A stretch of DNA of 61,038 bases from Catajapyx aquilonaris. Lineage: Eukaryota. Below the pieces are notes generated by a model, which was given only the letters and a program-made list of their open reading frames with translations, was not told the origin of the DNA and searched no databases. Shown here piece after piece: positions 37,001 to 51,600 of this stretch. Position numbers and translations under genes: made by a program. The stretch spans positions 62,001 to 123,038 of the forward strand of contig JYFJ02000553.1 in NCBI GenBank assembly GCA_000934665.2, given 5' to 3'. Position 1 is the stretch's first letter, and each line of letters starts with the position of its first letter.

Positions 37001-39199
37001 GGAAAACGTGCTCCTTTCCGCCTTGTGGAACTCGGCGACAGACTGAAGGATTTATGTGGAATTGTATTGTCCGTCCAATCAAGACACCCCTCTCTTTGAA
37101 CTCCATCTCAGCAAAGTCTTCTCCTTTTCCAGTGGTCTCACACGCATGACTCCGAATGGCCTTATTTTCGTTTAAGAGTGGGGCACAATGGATGCTCCTT
37201 TATAGCCCAACTTGCTGAGACTGTAAATCAGAAGTTCCTGGAAGTGGGTAATACCAGGTAAAGAGACCCGTAAATGCCATGTGCGTGAGGTAAGAGGCAC
37301 ATATGCTGTCAAGTTTGCACGATCGTCAACACCAGTCGCCTAGTTACGAGCAACTTACCAATAGCCTGTGGTTTACCAATCGTGGTAAACTTACCGTTTT
37401 AACCAAATCAAGGCTCAATAAGTTACCATGGTATCGGACAAACAACCAGTGCGCTTGTGGCCTATAGGGTGTCAATGCGTTTGGGTGGTCGGGAAATCCC
37501 CGCAATCAGATTGCCTGTATAAATGATTTTGAGCGGTTTTCACTCTTCTGGGCGCTTGAACTAGCACCAACCCTTATTGATTGAAAAATTTATTTCAGCT
37601 GACATAATCACTCCGTTCATCAACCAATTTTTAGTCGATTTGAGTATACTTTTAGCTGTAAGAGTTGATCGATTGAGCCATTTTTCAAAAATTGCGCTCT
37701 ATTTCAGCTTGTTTCGAAGATGGAAAAACGCCCATATTATTACGTATGAAAGTGGGGGAAGTGAAATAAAACCTGTTGTTGGATGTCGAGTGATTATAAT
37801 TTTTGAAAATAATTCACACCGAACATTTATCTCCCCCATGCTGCTTATCGGCCCTTTTTCTGTCGAGCCATTCAATTCAGAAAATACTTTGCAACAAAAT
37901 CACTTTAAACGAGTGGTTTTTCCCTGCAATTTTCCCTCATTTTGTGTCCGCAAATTGTTCCTAGCGTTTTCTACGACCCAAGAGAAAATGGGGCTAAAAC
38001 CACTTCCTCTTCAGCACAACAACGCCTCTTAAAATACACATTGTCATGGCATTCTCGTCACCCCATAGTTCACGACAAAGGCTCGAAAATTGACACCACC
38101 CTGCAATGAAAGTGTCAGCTCCCCTTTTGCATCCATTACTTTCTCCACACCCCCATGTTTGTGCACTACCTGAGCTACGACGAAAAAAAAAGCTCCTGAG
38201 AAAAACAAAGTGTCTGGCACACCCGCTCCAGGTTTCTCCTGAGAAGAGCGTCCCATTAAGAAGCTGCGGCAAACGGCCCCATCCTGCATTAAACGCCAAG
38301 CCTCGTAGGCACCAGATGAATATTTCAGAGGAACAGGAACGCAGCCAGCAGGTAGCAGACTCCGGAAAGAGGACCTCTCTCTATACACACACACAGAGCA
38401 GCGTTTCTCCCCTTCAGATCAATACCGAGCTTGGCCTGAGACTATCCCCCCAATAGAGGGGGGCAAAATGATTAGCCGCCACTACAGGAACTGCCACCCC
38501 ATGACGACTTGCGAGATTGCCGGTTCCTATCCCATCACTTTATAGAACAACCCCCTTTCTAAAAATAATATGGGAGGATTCCCCAGCAAGTGGTGGACAA
38601 ATCGGTGTGACCCACCCTTGGATTGGACTGTTGTTTTCTTTTTTTTTTCGGTGGAACACGATTGATGAGGGGGTAATGGCGTCGGACACGTGTCGGATCC
38701 AGAGGGGCCTTAGGACCTCACCTAAACTCATTAGTCGATTCCCAGATGGATGGTTCTGCGACAGAGTGGTATCCACGTGGCTTTTTAACAGAAGGAAGGT
38801 TTCCTTTTGTTGTATTGACCAAGAAGTCTGCCTGTCTCATTTCGCGGGTGCTTGAACACGCAAAGGGTTCCGGACACGCACGGTTCCTCCTAACTCGCGA
38901 TATATTTACTCAAGACACACGCTTCGTCTTTGTTATGCACCAAAGTCCCTCAAACTTTGCCTGGCGATACACCACAAAAAAAGTTAAACTCGCCTGAAGG
39001 GTTGTCCCTTAGGGTGTTGGACGGTCAACCTTTCGAAAGAACGAAGACGCGGCAAAGATTGAGAAGCTCAACATCTAACCCAAACTGGTGTGGAGCATGA
39101 CAAAAATTGTGGGAACATGAGTTAACGTTAACTCAGGTTAACATATACCGGTACCTTATGTTTACAAAGCCACTTTGAAGTTGCATTTTAAGCACAAGC

Positions 39200-39850
39200 T
39201 TTCCACCCTCAGGTCAACTGATGCAAGTTTATCTCACCGGATAATTCGGACCATGTGACTAGATTTTCGAGTAACTTCTGAAGTAGCAGGCGCTCCCTAG
39301 AAACCAGGTTTAGGCTATAAGGTTGTTGCATCAGGGCAATTTGCATGCTCGGCTCCTTCCTCGCTCGGTTTCGCAATACCAGCCAGAATAAACGCTTGCT
39401 CAAGCATTTTCCCTTTCCCCTCCGATATTCAGCGAAACATAAGTAATGAACTTTGAAATACTCTCCGGTGGATGGGAGGCGGGCGCAAATTACTACAAAT
39501 CAAACTGAGCTCTCCGAGTAAAAGTTACGCACTCAACGTGACTAAAATGAGCTCCCCCGCTCTCTCCATGGAAGTTTACTGCAAAATGCATAAAACGGTG
39601 AGCCAAAATTGACCTCCATATTTGAAGCTGGTCCCCGTGTAACAAGGTTTGATACACTGAATGAGAATTCAGGGAATTATGCATGGCATAGTTGGCGTCA
39701 AAGTGAAACTTCTCTTTTGGTCATTCCTCCATAGTCCTCTGCTGCTATAGTGTTGGCAGACTATCAAGAGGAACGTGAGACGTTTTCCTATTGACATGCC
39801 AGCGAGCATTCCGCATTCGAGCCATCAGTCTCTGTCACCATGGACGAAGG
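39200..39850 (-). mobile_element. Decayed LINE reverse-transcriptase fragment (CR1/L2-like)
   Basis: Ordered minus-strand motifs: ECGMLAGMS (Q.GFR.GRS), GDQLQIWRSILAHR (G.LL.WI.SFL..R), LGELSLI (LGP.LF), CFAEY (FADD), LLQKLLENLVTWSE (LQ.DLD.L..WS). By eye. Confidence 0.4.
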
Positions 39851-42800
39851 AAGCACAGCTTGCTGGGAGGGGAGGGAAGACGAGGAGACCTAGGCTCTTC
39901 CTTTAACCTAATCAACCGCTCCCTTCATCCTCAGAAAACTCGTACGTCTCTCCCCCTTCCACCCATCAGAATAATCACCGATAATATATTATAGAACGGT
40001 TCGGAGTCGCCTAAATTTTGAATTTTTCATGCGGCGTGCCTTTCGTGTTGGCACGACATCATCGATTCCGGAGATCTAGGGTTGATAACACGCACTTTGT
40101 AACCCTGCCAGTAAAAGCCAAATGTGTTCTGCTTGGAAATGGGGGATGAAGGAGTCAAGGAGGGCACAAAATAAAGTCGTGTTTGTTTCTGTTCCGAACC
40201 TTTGACTTCCAAGTGTCACCTGTCACAAAATATTGGGAATTTATTGTCGATTCAAAGACCTTACTGTAAGACCAGACGTGTCTCGACTCCACCGCAAATG
40301 TACTGTACAGTCCCATCAAAGGATTTCCAGAAACCATGTAAACCTTTCATGATCCACCATCATTATGACCATAACAGTACATTGGTGCTAAATTTTCGAT
40401 TTCAAATCACAATCATTTATGCTGAAATTACTAATTAGAATGAGGTAGGGCCAACCCATCCTTTTCCCCCTACGTCACGCCCCGTCACACTAATCTCAAC
40501 AGCCGCCTGCTACAGAGAATGCCGCACTTTTATGGATTTCCCCCCAGCATTTAGTATGCTGCATGCAGCAACCTCACCCGCACCGATTCAAAAATAAAAG
40601 CAGGAGGGTACTGCACACTGTTTAATGTTGGATGATAGCATTCGAGGCGGCAGAAAACGGCGTAATTTACACACCTAGAATTAATCCGGACTCTGCGCCA
40701 AATAGTAAAGTAAAGGTGTCCGCAACCTTCCGTGCGGTTTCGTGGTATGAGAAAAAAAGCCTTTCCGTCACACCCGACATTATCCATCATCTCAAAACGT
40801 GCACACTTTGAGAATCTCCGGATTACCTCCAACTCCAATCTAGTCTTGGCATTTTCACCGCGCTTAAGCCTTTGAAGGTAAGCCGTCTGAATTTCAAACG
40901 GAATTCCAAATCAGTTGGCGTTTCTCTACGTGCTTTATATCTGTCCCAACCCCACCCACAAGTGCATATATATTTTGGGATCCCGGTTTTATATTACCCT
41001 ATTTTTTCCTCTCAGGAGGATCAATGTTCGTGGGCGTCAATCGAGGCTTCTCCGGACTTTGGACAAACTTAAACGCAGCTTGGGTGCTATCAATCTTCGG
41101 TGTCTGCTCTTTGAGGTGGATGCAACACAACTGGGACCCCTCATGGTTGCAGGCCCCCTTTTTTGAGTTAACAGGACGAGCCTGAATTTTCTTGATGCAA
41201 CCACAATCAAAAGTTTGCGTTTTGAAGGCTTGGAAACATGTCCCAAAAATGTGGCTTGTCACACCCGACAAGCCAGAACCACGATCATAAGCCTCAATTT
41301 AACACCTCCTCTCAAAGTGCATATCCATCAAAAATTAAACTATTTGTCAACAACACTAACCACAGGTTTATTGGGATTTAAAAATCCTGTTTGTATAGCG
41401 GGATTTGTCCCTTAGGGGTTGCGGTATTTTTGACAGGCCTTTTTAAATATGAGAATATATCTAAAAAGCTGTAGCGGTCACTGTTTCGCTTGTTATATGA
41501 CACCCATGGCGTTGTCATCCTTGTCTACTGAAGCTTTTTTGTCACAGGTCGCTGTTGATACTTGTTGTGTAATAAAAGCAACAACGCGTTTCATATGCAT
41601 GAAACTGCGAGCATGAAGTACACTGTACATCATGCGGAATTTAATACTCATTTGAAAACACAACTATATTTTCTGTGCTTCTGGAAGCATGTTATATTAT
41701 ACAAGTTTGTACTCGTTTTTAGACACACCACCATGTAGCATAATTTATAATATAATTGCGATATGAAGTGAATTATTACGTATCGAATACGTGCCCTTTG
41801 CTGCCATCAATTATTTTCGCAAAACTTGCCATTTGTACTGGTTAAAACGGCTGACGTACGCTGCTGATGTGTCATTTTGTAAACTGCAAGCTTCATCAAT
41901 CCGTTCGAGTGTGTCATTCAGGATTGTGCACGCCTATGAGAAACGTGAAATATTTTTTGCATTGCATCGTGTCAACGAGTAACTCGCTGACGAGTGTGTC
42001 AAGCGGGATTGAACACTCTTCGTGTGCATTTGATAAACGCGCTCCATCAGTTCGAATGAATCTTCACACCGGCACGCTTTTGTTTTATTTGCTTTAAAAT
42101 TTCCGGAATTGGCCACCCATTTTTCATCAATTCAGATGAGAGTCCTACATACACACCTAATTATATTTGCGCAATTATTAAGACCTTTTCATGCCATACA
42201 AAAATTCGCTAAATATCAAGATGAAGCAAAAATTAATTTCGAGTGCTGCCTAGAGAAGACTCTCTATTGTTGGAAGAGATAACACGGGGACGTTGGGAGT
42301 TCTTCGTCTGTCTAAGTGAACACTATACGCCTAAAAAATTAACTTGAAGCGCTTGTTAGATAGGCATCTTTTGCTTGAAAGGAAACGTTCATAACCCCTC
42401 GGGGAATAATTTTCCAGAAATCCATACTAAAGTGCCTCTGAAGATTTCACTTCTTGCACCTATTTCGGAACCAAGGGGTTCTAACTGACGCCAGATACCG
42501 CAACTTTATGGCGTTATGCTAGATGTCTGGAAAGTTCTGAACTAGATTCGGTTTTAGTACATAGTTCTCAGCCCCTTCAACCCAGCAAAACTTGAATAAG
42601 TCACACGAGATTAAAAAAGTGACATGCTCGACAATCAATGAGGATGAGATGAAATTGCGCTGTGGACGCCTGCAGCGGAGTTTTCTCTGAACCTTCTAAC
42701 AAACCATGTTAATAAATTTTACTTTGACCCCAATTATCTGCGCCGCATTCAAATGAGCGTACCTATGGCTCAAGGTGTTATTCCGATCCCCCAAGCGACG

Positions 42801-43352
42801 TAAAAGGCGGGTAAATTATTGCCGAGGGGAAATTATACGAGTTCAAAGGGAACCAGGTGACCGAATACAGAACATTCAATTAAATCTCTCTATGTCAACA
42901 CAAAAAAGGGCTGGAATCAATTTCTACGACCGCATTTCATTAGTCAGAAAACGCCGGGAAAAAATTTTTAAACTCGATTTAAAAATAAATTCCTGCCAAC
43001 CAAACTCGACCGGATTTTAGGGCAAAGGGAGTCGCGGAATTTGCTTGATCCCGCTGAGAATCAGACAGATGCACAGAGGCTTCTAGTGGAAATCAAAACT
43101 ATAGGACGAAAGCAATTAGCTTCTTTCCACCCCAAAAGGAAGAACCCGGTTTTCCGCAGAAGCGAGGGTGCTATTAAAATGATTTAACGCAAAACTGGGC
43201 AGGAAATTACTCCAAATTAAGAGCCATGACCTCTCCTATTATAGGTCTGGGCGACGGATCGACGGAAAACAGTGCATTGCTGTTACGACGAAAATGTACC
43301 GGCGCGGCGCCGACATTAATTTGGTTGTAAGTAGGGCACAGGGAGCTTTACA

Positions 43353-43373
43353 ATGATGATGATGATGATGATG
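43353..43373. repeat. (ATG)7 microsatellite
   Basis: Directly visible. Confidence 0.9.
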
Positions 43374-44799
43374 TGTTATCTGTTACTCAGACTGATGAGG
43401 CGGTCGGAAACATCTGATGCTGGGCGATGGAGATGCGTTGCCTGGAGGTGTCTTAAGAGCTTTTTCGGGTTCGATGTGCATGGATCTTTATTACCCGGCA
43501 CCTTGCGTTTAATGCAGTGGAAATGCGGCTCTAAAGCTGCCTGGCGCCTTGAAGGCATATGCGGGTCATTTACTCGCGTGTGTGGCAGGATGAGAGAGGA
43601 ACGTGTAGGGGGAAGAAACTGACAATGAGTTATTGCATGGTTGGACTAACTAAGCAACACACCTTGAATCGCCTAGGGCAATGTGGTCTACAGTGCGGAG
43701 CGCACACTAACAATGCCGACATGCTTGTAAATTTCACATCAACCTTTGCAAGTAGGTACTTCTGACATTTTCAAGCACAAAAATTGCTCAGAAAGTAAAA
43801 GGAACACTGTTATATTTCAGTAATATGTATAAAAGAAAGATAATTGCTATAATACCGTAACCAAGAAAATAGTTAAATTCAGGTTGAGCCTTCTATCAAT
43901 TATTTACAATCTCTATGTATGATAAACAAAGTGTGTATGTATGATAGAAGAGCAGTAAAAGACATGTTTGATATTTTGCCTCTTTGTGTATTTTGTAAAA
44001 CAAGCGATATAGGTTAAATTATTGATTCGTAACCCGGTTTTAGTTGTTTACCTTCAATAAATAAAGTACGTAAAATAGCCTATTTGTCTCTATGTGCTGG
44101 GTAGGCAAATAACTAGCTTTGGTAAAATAGCATCACAGTCGAAGCACATCCAAGTCTCTTCCGTATATTTACAGCAGCTGAATGGGTTTTCTGAATCGCT
44201 ACATACTGCCCAATAGCCATATGACTCGAGGAAATGCTAGTATTTCAGCCAGAAATCACTCCATCTGTGTACAAAAAAAAACTCTGAATTGTTCGTGTTT
44301 TTTCCAGGGTTGAAGAGCAGTTATTGTGAAGCCAGGAAAAGCCCTACTTGCGCTATGACACGACCGGACACGACGTAATCAAAGGACAGGAGACATCCGG
44401 TTCGGTCCGTCAATCAACCGGGTTTACCACATGTAAGACCCGTTTTTTACTGGTATTATAATGTTGTTACCTATAGCAACGGTAATGCTGTTTTCATTAT
44501 AGCAATCCGGAATGGCAGGAAGTGGGGGGGAGGTAAAAAAAAGCGTCTAGGACATCACTGTGGGTGTACACAGAGATATGTACTGTACACTACAATAACA
44601 ACGTAATCAGTGTCATTTTTTACCTTGCAACACCAGCATGTGTTGTTTTTAAATAAATAATCGAAATTGCAGCAGCAAGCGTTTCCGTCCGTTGGAACAT
44701 AATATTATTAATGTAACTTTATTACAACAGTGTGAGTGGAATCACCGAATCGCTTTGCCATTATTGTAGAGAGCACCCGGTGTAATGGCCAAGATGGTG

Positions 44800-45620
44800 C
44801 TTTGCATATTGCGCACAAGTGTCTCCTTACGACAAAAGGAGGCACTTGGTAGATAAAATCACGTCCGGTCCTCCTCAAAAATGGACTATAAACCAACAAT
44901 AATGAGAAAGTTTGAACAGGCGGTCTGAGAAGAAACTCTCCTGCCTTCTGATCTCCTGCAAAAGGAGGCATAAAAGTGTTCAGAGAGCATCGTTTTCAAA
45001 GTCTCTTAAAAATATATAACGGAGAAGTTTCGATGGAGAGAAACATCTTATCGAAGCTTTCCTTTTATAGAATATAAGGGAAGAGAGAGTATATTCTTCA
45101 AATATTCCGTTGGCAATGCAGACCCAGATCAAACGGACGACAGAGTGTAGGTTTTATCTCCAGAAATGGAGTATTCTTCGGGGCTATAAAAATCGCACAA
45201 AAAAGTTGAGTTAAAGAAAAGGCGGCAGATGGACCCGGATTAAAGAGGTTGCTCACCGAACCTTCAGAATACAACTTTTCCTGAGGATCGATCCTGCAAA
45301 AAAAAAGCGAAGCCTTCTCCAATGAAGCAATAAAAGCGAGTGGCAAAGGAAATCGAACACGCTTCTGCCTTTGCAGCCATAATATTTAATTTACAACTAG
45401 CTTATATCTACGGAGGCCAGCAGGTGTAGACAGTATACTGCAGACGAAAACTATGGAAACCCGCAAAACCAGTGCTCCAAAAAAAAGCACAATTTGTAAG
45501 AGATTACCGACACAGAAAACTTTTGCTGTTGCAACTGCTGCAAAATTATTCCCGCGTAATTGCCCCTGGAAAATATTAGAGCCCGCCTTCTGGCGACGGA
45601 CGACACTTGGCAAGCTCCAA
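44800..45620 (-). mobile_element. Decayed LINE reverse-transcriptase fragment (RTE-like)
   Basis: Ordered minus-strand motifs: QLRGNNFAAVATAKVF (NYRGISLLS..GKVF), ILSTPAGLR (L...Q.GFR), LAFIASLEKAS (LAFIDLEKAFD), PLIF (SPLLF), FAGDQ (FADD). Confidence 0.5.
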
Positions 45621-48600
45621 AAAATTGTTAGGTTAAGATCTTGAACTAAGCCTCTCCAAACTAGAAGCGGGGGAAAAAAAATATTTCAGCTGCTGAGTTG
45701 TGCTATTCATTTCACAGCTGCGTAACTCGAGGGCTCGGTGGTTTCCCACCGTTCATTGCGATTCTCTTCCGGGCCCAAACTTTCATTGCAAATTACAACC
45801 CGGATTCCCAGTGCAGGTGCTCCAGTTTCTTCACCCCCCTTTTCGCCCCCCTCTATACCTCTCTCCAAACCGCATTCAGAGGAGAAAACCCTGATCGCAC
45901 TGCAAAATACGGCACTAATCTAATAACGCCGCCCGGATTCAGTAAGCACTATCTTGATGTCAATGAGAGAGACTCAACTTGGAAGTCAATTAGTACGGAA
46001 AAGCCCTCTGTAGACTGCATGTTAATTTTCCATGCCGTGTCCAATCTGTCGTTTGAACCCGTTTTTTGGGGGGTCAAAGAATTTTTTTGGGCATCAGTCC
46101 AGTACGGGTTTTACAGCCAACTGTGCCGCATCATGAGCCGAATTAATTCCCCAAGCGCAATGACACAGAGCTGCCTGATAAAATTCGGGATTCGGGTCTG
46201 TTTATGCGGTCGGGTCAATGTCATAATTTTGCATGCTGATGAAACGGGACAGGCGAATGCGAAATGGCTATAACAGGGAGGGACGACAAAAGAGGGACTG
46301 ATAGCCGCATGTTCAAAAACAGACTACAAGAACCTAGCATTAAGCCAGAGATCATCAGGTAAAATGCCCGACAATCAAAATAGAGTGCTGGGATTGTAAT
46401 ATGAAAATGCACTTGGTCGACGAATCGACACGATTTTTGTCCGTATAATCTCTTATTGCAAGTAGTGAATTTACACATGCATTCACCTATATGAGTCGAA
46501 CTGCTCGGAATGAGTTCGACTTTGCTTACGGATTCCCATGGGAAATTCCATCTCAGAAGCGAACCTCACTAATGACACCATTTCATAATGAAATCTCTTC
46601 CTCTCTCCATCCAGCCCTTTCTGTTGGATTTCATTTCAAGGGGATAGAAAAATTATTGAAAAAATTTTTTTGCAGCTCGGCGGTGCAGCCAACGGGTGCA
46701 AGTTTCGCCAAAGTCCGTATTTAATTCTGATGTTGGCAGAAGCCTTGCCAACGGTCTCTCAGTTTTTTCCAGTTGGAGGCTCCGCAAAATCCGGGAGGCC
46801 CATATTACTATACATTATATGAAAAAGTGTTCCTCTGAGCGTTATATTTTAACGAGATAATAGTCTCTTCAGAATTAGTAGCCCTCTAAATCACTGTAAG
46901 CGTTCTTACAAAGTGAACAAGTGGGTTTAGCAAAAAGTTGGGAGGCGATTTTGTACACTTTTTTGGTGGGGCCAGAACCTGAATCAAATTAACGGAAGAG
47001 TTTTCAGTCCTTAACAAAAAGCTGAGAAAAAAATCAAAAGGTGCTGCGTGGATATGCCAATTATGCCCATTTGTAAAGCAATGGCCATTTCTGTGCATAT
47101 TTAATTTTATAAGCCTACATGTCTGTACACTAATTTGAAATAAAACTGCGGAAATCGTTAACGACCGGTATTTTTCAGGCCATTGACATCCATTTCGTCG
47201 CTTTCCTTCCGAGCTCTGCGTTATTAATGTCCAAACCTCGTTTTTTCACTATTATTTTCGCAATGGGAAGTCGCCTTATCAGAAATGTAATCGAAACCCA
47301 TCGTACTTCCACGAAAGCAATCAACAATTTATGTCTCTCCACAGTACTCGTTTTGATTTCTTTATTGCCGGTAGTTTTTTTTCCAGCATCATCTGTGATT
47401 ATGTCCGGTCATATCCGGTCTCGCTCCAACCTCGCTTTTGAAGCAGGGACATATATGATAACAAACAGAGCTCCAAAAACCCGGCAATAAATGGCCAGTC
47501 CTTTAAAAATCCACCCATTATTATTTTATACCCTGCACACTACAAAAAACTGCCTTTTGTTTATGGAATCATATTATCGATTAGTAATTCCGTTCGTCTA
47601 TTATAATGACTTTTTTTGCAATTATGAAACAATTAACCCGGGTATAGGTTCCCCAAAAATCCATGGCTATTTGGAAGGCCTTGCAAGGCTGTTATTTCAT
47701 TTCTACTATAATGAAGATGCTATCTGCTGCTCAAACGGGTTCTAATGTGCTTTTCGCCTGATTACAGGCGTGAAATCGGGCCGTACCCTGTACGGCAGTG
47801 GTATTCAATCCGAGATTTACCTCGCACTAATGCCCCGTTCACAAGGTACAATCCCTCGCAGTACATGTAACAACACCACAAAGGCCCTAACCTGCACGTA
47901 GCGTAATTATTCTTATTACGAAGAGCCCGGAATTAAATTGCACGTCGTGTTCATGCCCACCTAATGCATATTTTGCATGAGATAACTTCTTTAGCGAACT
48001 TGCAAGGTCACAGATTTAGGCCACAACTCCACAGGGGTCATACTCATGAGCCCCCGAGTACTCGCTTTGTGCATGAAACAGCAGGGTCTGTGGCGTTTAT
48101 CCTAACACTCTACAGCAACCCATGAGCCTCTCCTGTTTGGAGGGACCGCTTACTTTCAGGATGAAATTTTTTGGAAACTGTTCCAGAGTGCAATAATTAC
48201 GTCCGGCAGATGAATTAAAGGTGCGCATTCCTGTGATGACAACCTGCAGTAAATAATAATGTAATTATTCGACCTACAGTTCTAGAGTTGTGCAAAATTT
48301 ATTTCTGCACGTTTAGCTCATATTTCGGGCAATGGCCATAGTTGCACGGTTACACTGAGGCTACACGTGCCACGGAGTAGGCAATTAAGATTCGCTCTGT
48401 ATTCAGGCCTAAAACTAACAAGGCTCCTAAATAGAGTGTACTGCAAGGCGCCGGGAGTAATATCCCAAGACCTACTCGGCCGCAAATGGCTAGACGTGCG
48501 TGCTAAAAATACAAAAACCTCCGTACTCAACCTTGACCAAAATTCGGTCTAACCCTCCATAAATTACGATGCAACGAAATTCCTAGTGTCGTCCTAACCC

Positions 48601-48749
48601 ACGGTTGGGGACTATAGAGGTATAATATCTTCAACTCTAGCTCTCCATTAGAAATAATTCCTACCCCCTTACCCCGAGATATTTCCAGGAAAAGATGCTC
48701 CAGGGAGTAGAAAACCTTTCGAATTTTCCTAATGACCTCCCCACAATCA

Positions 48750-50100
48750 ATGGGAAGGATGTTCGAGAGCGGATTTTACCTGTTGATACCAGACGCATCT
48801 GGGGGTATTATTTCTGGCGGATGAAACCAGTGGCGGCGAGGGATTTTAATTAAGAGTCGAGGCTCCTTGAGAAGGTTCGTGACTGAAGAAGGTATAAGGC
48901 GGGGCCACTTCATCAGCACCAAAGTTGCTCACAGTTTTAATTGCCTGCTGTGAGGAAAGAAAACCGCTGCGGTAAGATTCGTGACACCGCAATGGGAAAA
49001 GGAGCAAATGTTTCCGGATGATTTATGGTCTTTTTGCCGCTGTTATTTTTTCACCTGCTGATCAATTTGAACGCTGGTTGTACCTGAGAAATCCGTTTCC
49101 ATCAGCCCTAGTAGTAGATAACGAGAGGTTTGGACGGAAGGGAAAAGCCGCAACTTTGCGTCCGTAACACGATTGCCCATTCCAACGTGGAGCCGATGGG
49201 CTTGGCTACTCAAGGGAATAATCGAGGGATCCCCATGTTGACCGGAGACCATCGGACATTTTCACTCGGATTAAAAGAGATTCTAGAAGCCCCCTATGGA
49301 ATCAAGTTGCACCGTTCCAGTTGTTTACCAGCACAAAGGTGCCATTTCTCAGCAGCACGAAACGAAGACAATCTTTTTGTTTGTTCGGGTTTGCCTTGCT
49401 TATACCTCATACCAGGCAGGGTGTGAGAAAGATCTATTGTTGACAATGCACTGGAAATTTTATCCCTCCTTCCAAATGTTTCAATGGGCCATTCAGTGCC
49501 GGGCAGACAATACACGTCATTTGCACTCTCGGAGATGCTCCCCATTTCGCCTTCCAGACAAAATGGATGCCATCAAAGGACTGTAAAGTTCTGTGCAACT
49601 GCGATGGGGCCCACCCTTCAATTATTGTAGTTCAATCTCACTTCCACGATTGACTGTAGAGTTTTGTGGCGGACCTCGGCACAAAAAGGGGAAAAGATTT
49701 GGGCTTCGCCAGGAAGCTCTTCCAAATCTGGGTCCATCCAGTCGGCGGAAGGGAGAAAAAAAGTGCCTGGGAGCCGTCCATTTGTAGATAGCAGACGTAT
49801 ATGAAACGGGCGAAAAGACGCCATCTCCGGGAATGATGGAGAATAATCCCATCCACCGGTTTATGGCACGTGGCGGAATATCCAGACTTTTTTTTACCGA
49901 CAATCCTTCAACCGAGACCCCCATTCCCTCAACGGTGGCTCGCAAAAATGTTTGGCGCACTCGCAGCATTACCTCCATTTTCATATTAATACCGCCCACA
50001 CCAAAGCATGCACTCAGACGAAGAGGGGCATAAAAAATCTGCTCCTGATAACAAACCATGCGGTACACTGGTTTCGACATAAGTTGAGAACTTGTCCTTG
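48750..50100 (+). mobile_element. Decayed BEL/Pao LTR-retrotransposon pol fragment (RNase H and integrase)
   Basis: Ordered degenerate motifs: PDAS (SDAS), LIKSRG (KSRVAP), LCVRNTI (FVANRV), HVDRRPSDIFTR (HV...NPAD..SR), PPFNY, CLGAVHL (C..TRAVHLE), HRFMARGGISRLFFTDN (RRF.ARRG.P..I.SDN), FILIPP (W.FIPP). Confidence 0.5.
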
Positions 50101-50619
50101 CAGTCGCGACATAAAACTCTTCATACTGAACCACGGCCCTAACTTAATCCACCTCTAAAATTTCCACATGCAAAAAAATTCAGGTGCAGCTGGCTGAACC
50201 CTGGATGCTGACACCGCCAGAAGAAATATTAAGGCCCGGGAATGCATTTTTCTAAAGCGTTACTTTTCACTCGTGTCGCTGGTGTCAAGGCCTCCGGAGC
50301 TATTTTCCCAGTCGGTTGTAAATCTTGCAAACTAAAGCTCATTACATCAGACCCCCCCTACCCTATGAATAAAACCAAGATATAATATTTTTTAATTAAC
50401 GGGAAAGGTTATGCCGACGCAAAAAAGCGTACCAGGTGTGCCGTTAATTACGTTGGTACCTTTTGTACGCGTACACAAAAAATGGGAGTTCAATAGAAGC
50501 GACATCCGTGCCAAACATCATCCGACACCTCAGGTGAGACACGGGCACAAAAGAATGTAAATACATCACCAAAATTCACTGATTATTTGAATTTTTTGTG
50601 TCACTTATTCATGTACAAA

Positions 50620-51050
50620 TTCCCCACGGTCGCACAATATCCTGCCCAATGAAATACGATTTCGAATCCTCTCTTCTCTTCGAAGTCCTCATAAGGCTTT
50701 CCGTTTGATGGCAAGGCCTCTCAGCCGCACCATTTCCTGCACCTGCATGCGGTTCGGTGCAGCGAAAATCACATCGCCTCCGGAGAGACTCGGGTCGCAA
50801 TTACACCCAAATTGAGTGCATCCTGCAGCATTCTAGGGTGCAAGCCCGTATAGTTAATTCGGCCGGCCAAGATATTCAGTACAATCCGACTAAATTGGAC
50901 CTTACGCGCAACTGGGACCAGTTGAGTCTGTCCAATTGCACAATTTCTGGTGTTTTTTTTTCTTTCGAGAATATGAATTCAGCAGGTCGTGTTCGAAGAA
51001 GCAGATGGGGATTTCTTGAGGCGTGGTAATGGCTGCTGCAGACCACTCTC
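50620..51050 (-). mobile_element. Possible LTR-retrotransposon integrase remnant
   Basis: CTEPHAGAGNGAAERPCHQTESLMR resembles T.PY.PQ.NG.AER...TL...R. Only a single motif supports it. Confidence 0.3.
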
Positions 51051-51600
51051 CAAGCCCAGCAGCCACCCCCCAAAAAATGAGAGAACATGGCCAGAAAAGT
51101 GAGCCAGCATTTTGGTGCAGCAGCCGACAGAGTTGGACCGGTCCTCATTGATCGCCCGGTACCCGAAATTTCCGGATGTGGAAAGCTGGGGGTTGGAGGG
51201 GAGAGGTGAAAGCACCGGAATGATCATGCGCAGTTTTGCACAACACAGCTCGGGTTCATACATTTTTTTTTTGGTCCTACACTTTCTCCCTCAGGAGAAG
51301 TAGGCTTATCGGTCAAGACACCTGTAGGCAATTTGATTGTAGAAACGGAGTTTGTTCGGGAGCACATGTTTTTCCTGGAAAATATCTGGAGCTTCAATCA
51401 GAGCCTGGGCAGACAGCGTGATAAATTACCTATCCGAACACGGAAGAGGCTTCCTGCCTTTTTCCACGACTCCAATCGAAGTGAGGAATATTCATCCAGC
51501 ACCAGGAAAGAGTTAATTAACTTTCAGATGCTAGGTAGGCAATTATTCCTTAATTGAGGGATCCGACAGAAATGGTTCAGAGTCATCGAATTTTAATGTT

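Noticed and set aside
43376..43618. Possible alternative terminal exon (cattgtcag| then 80 open codons and TAA on the minus strand)
   Set aside because: Weak polypyrimidine tract, no recognisable peptide and no nearby AATAAA. It would need RNA-seq support.
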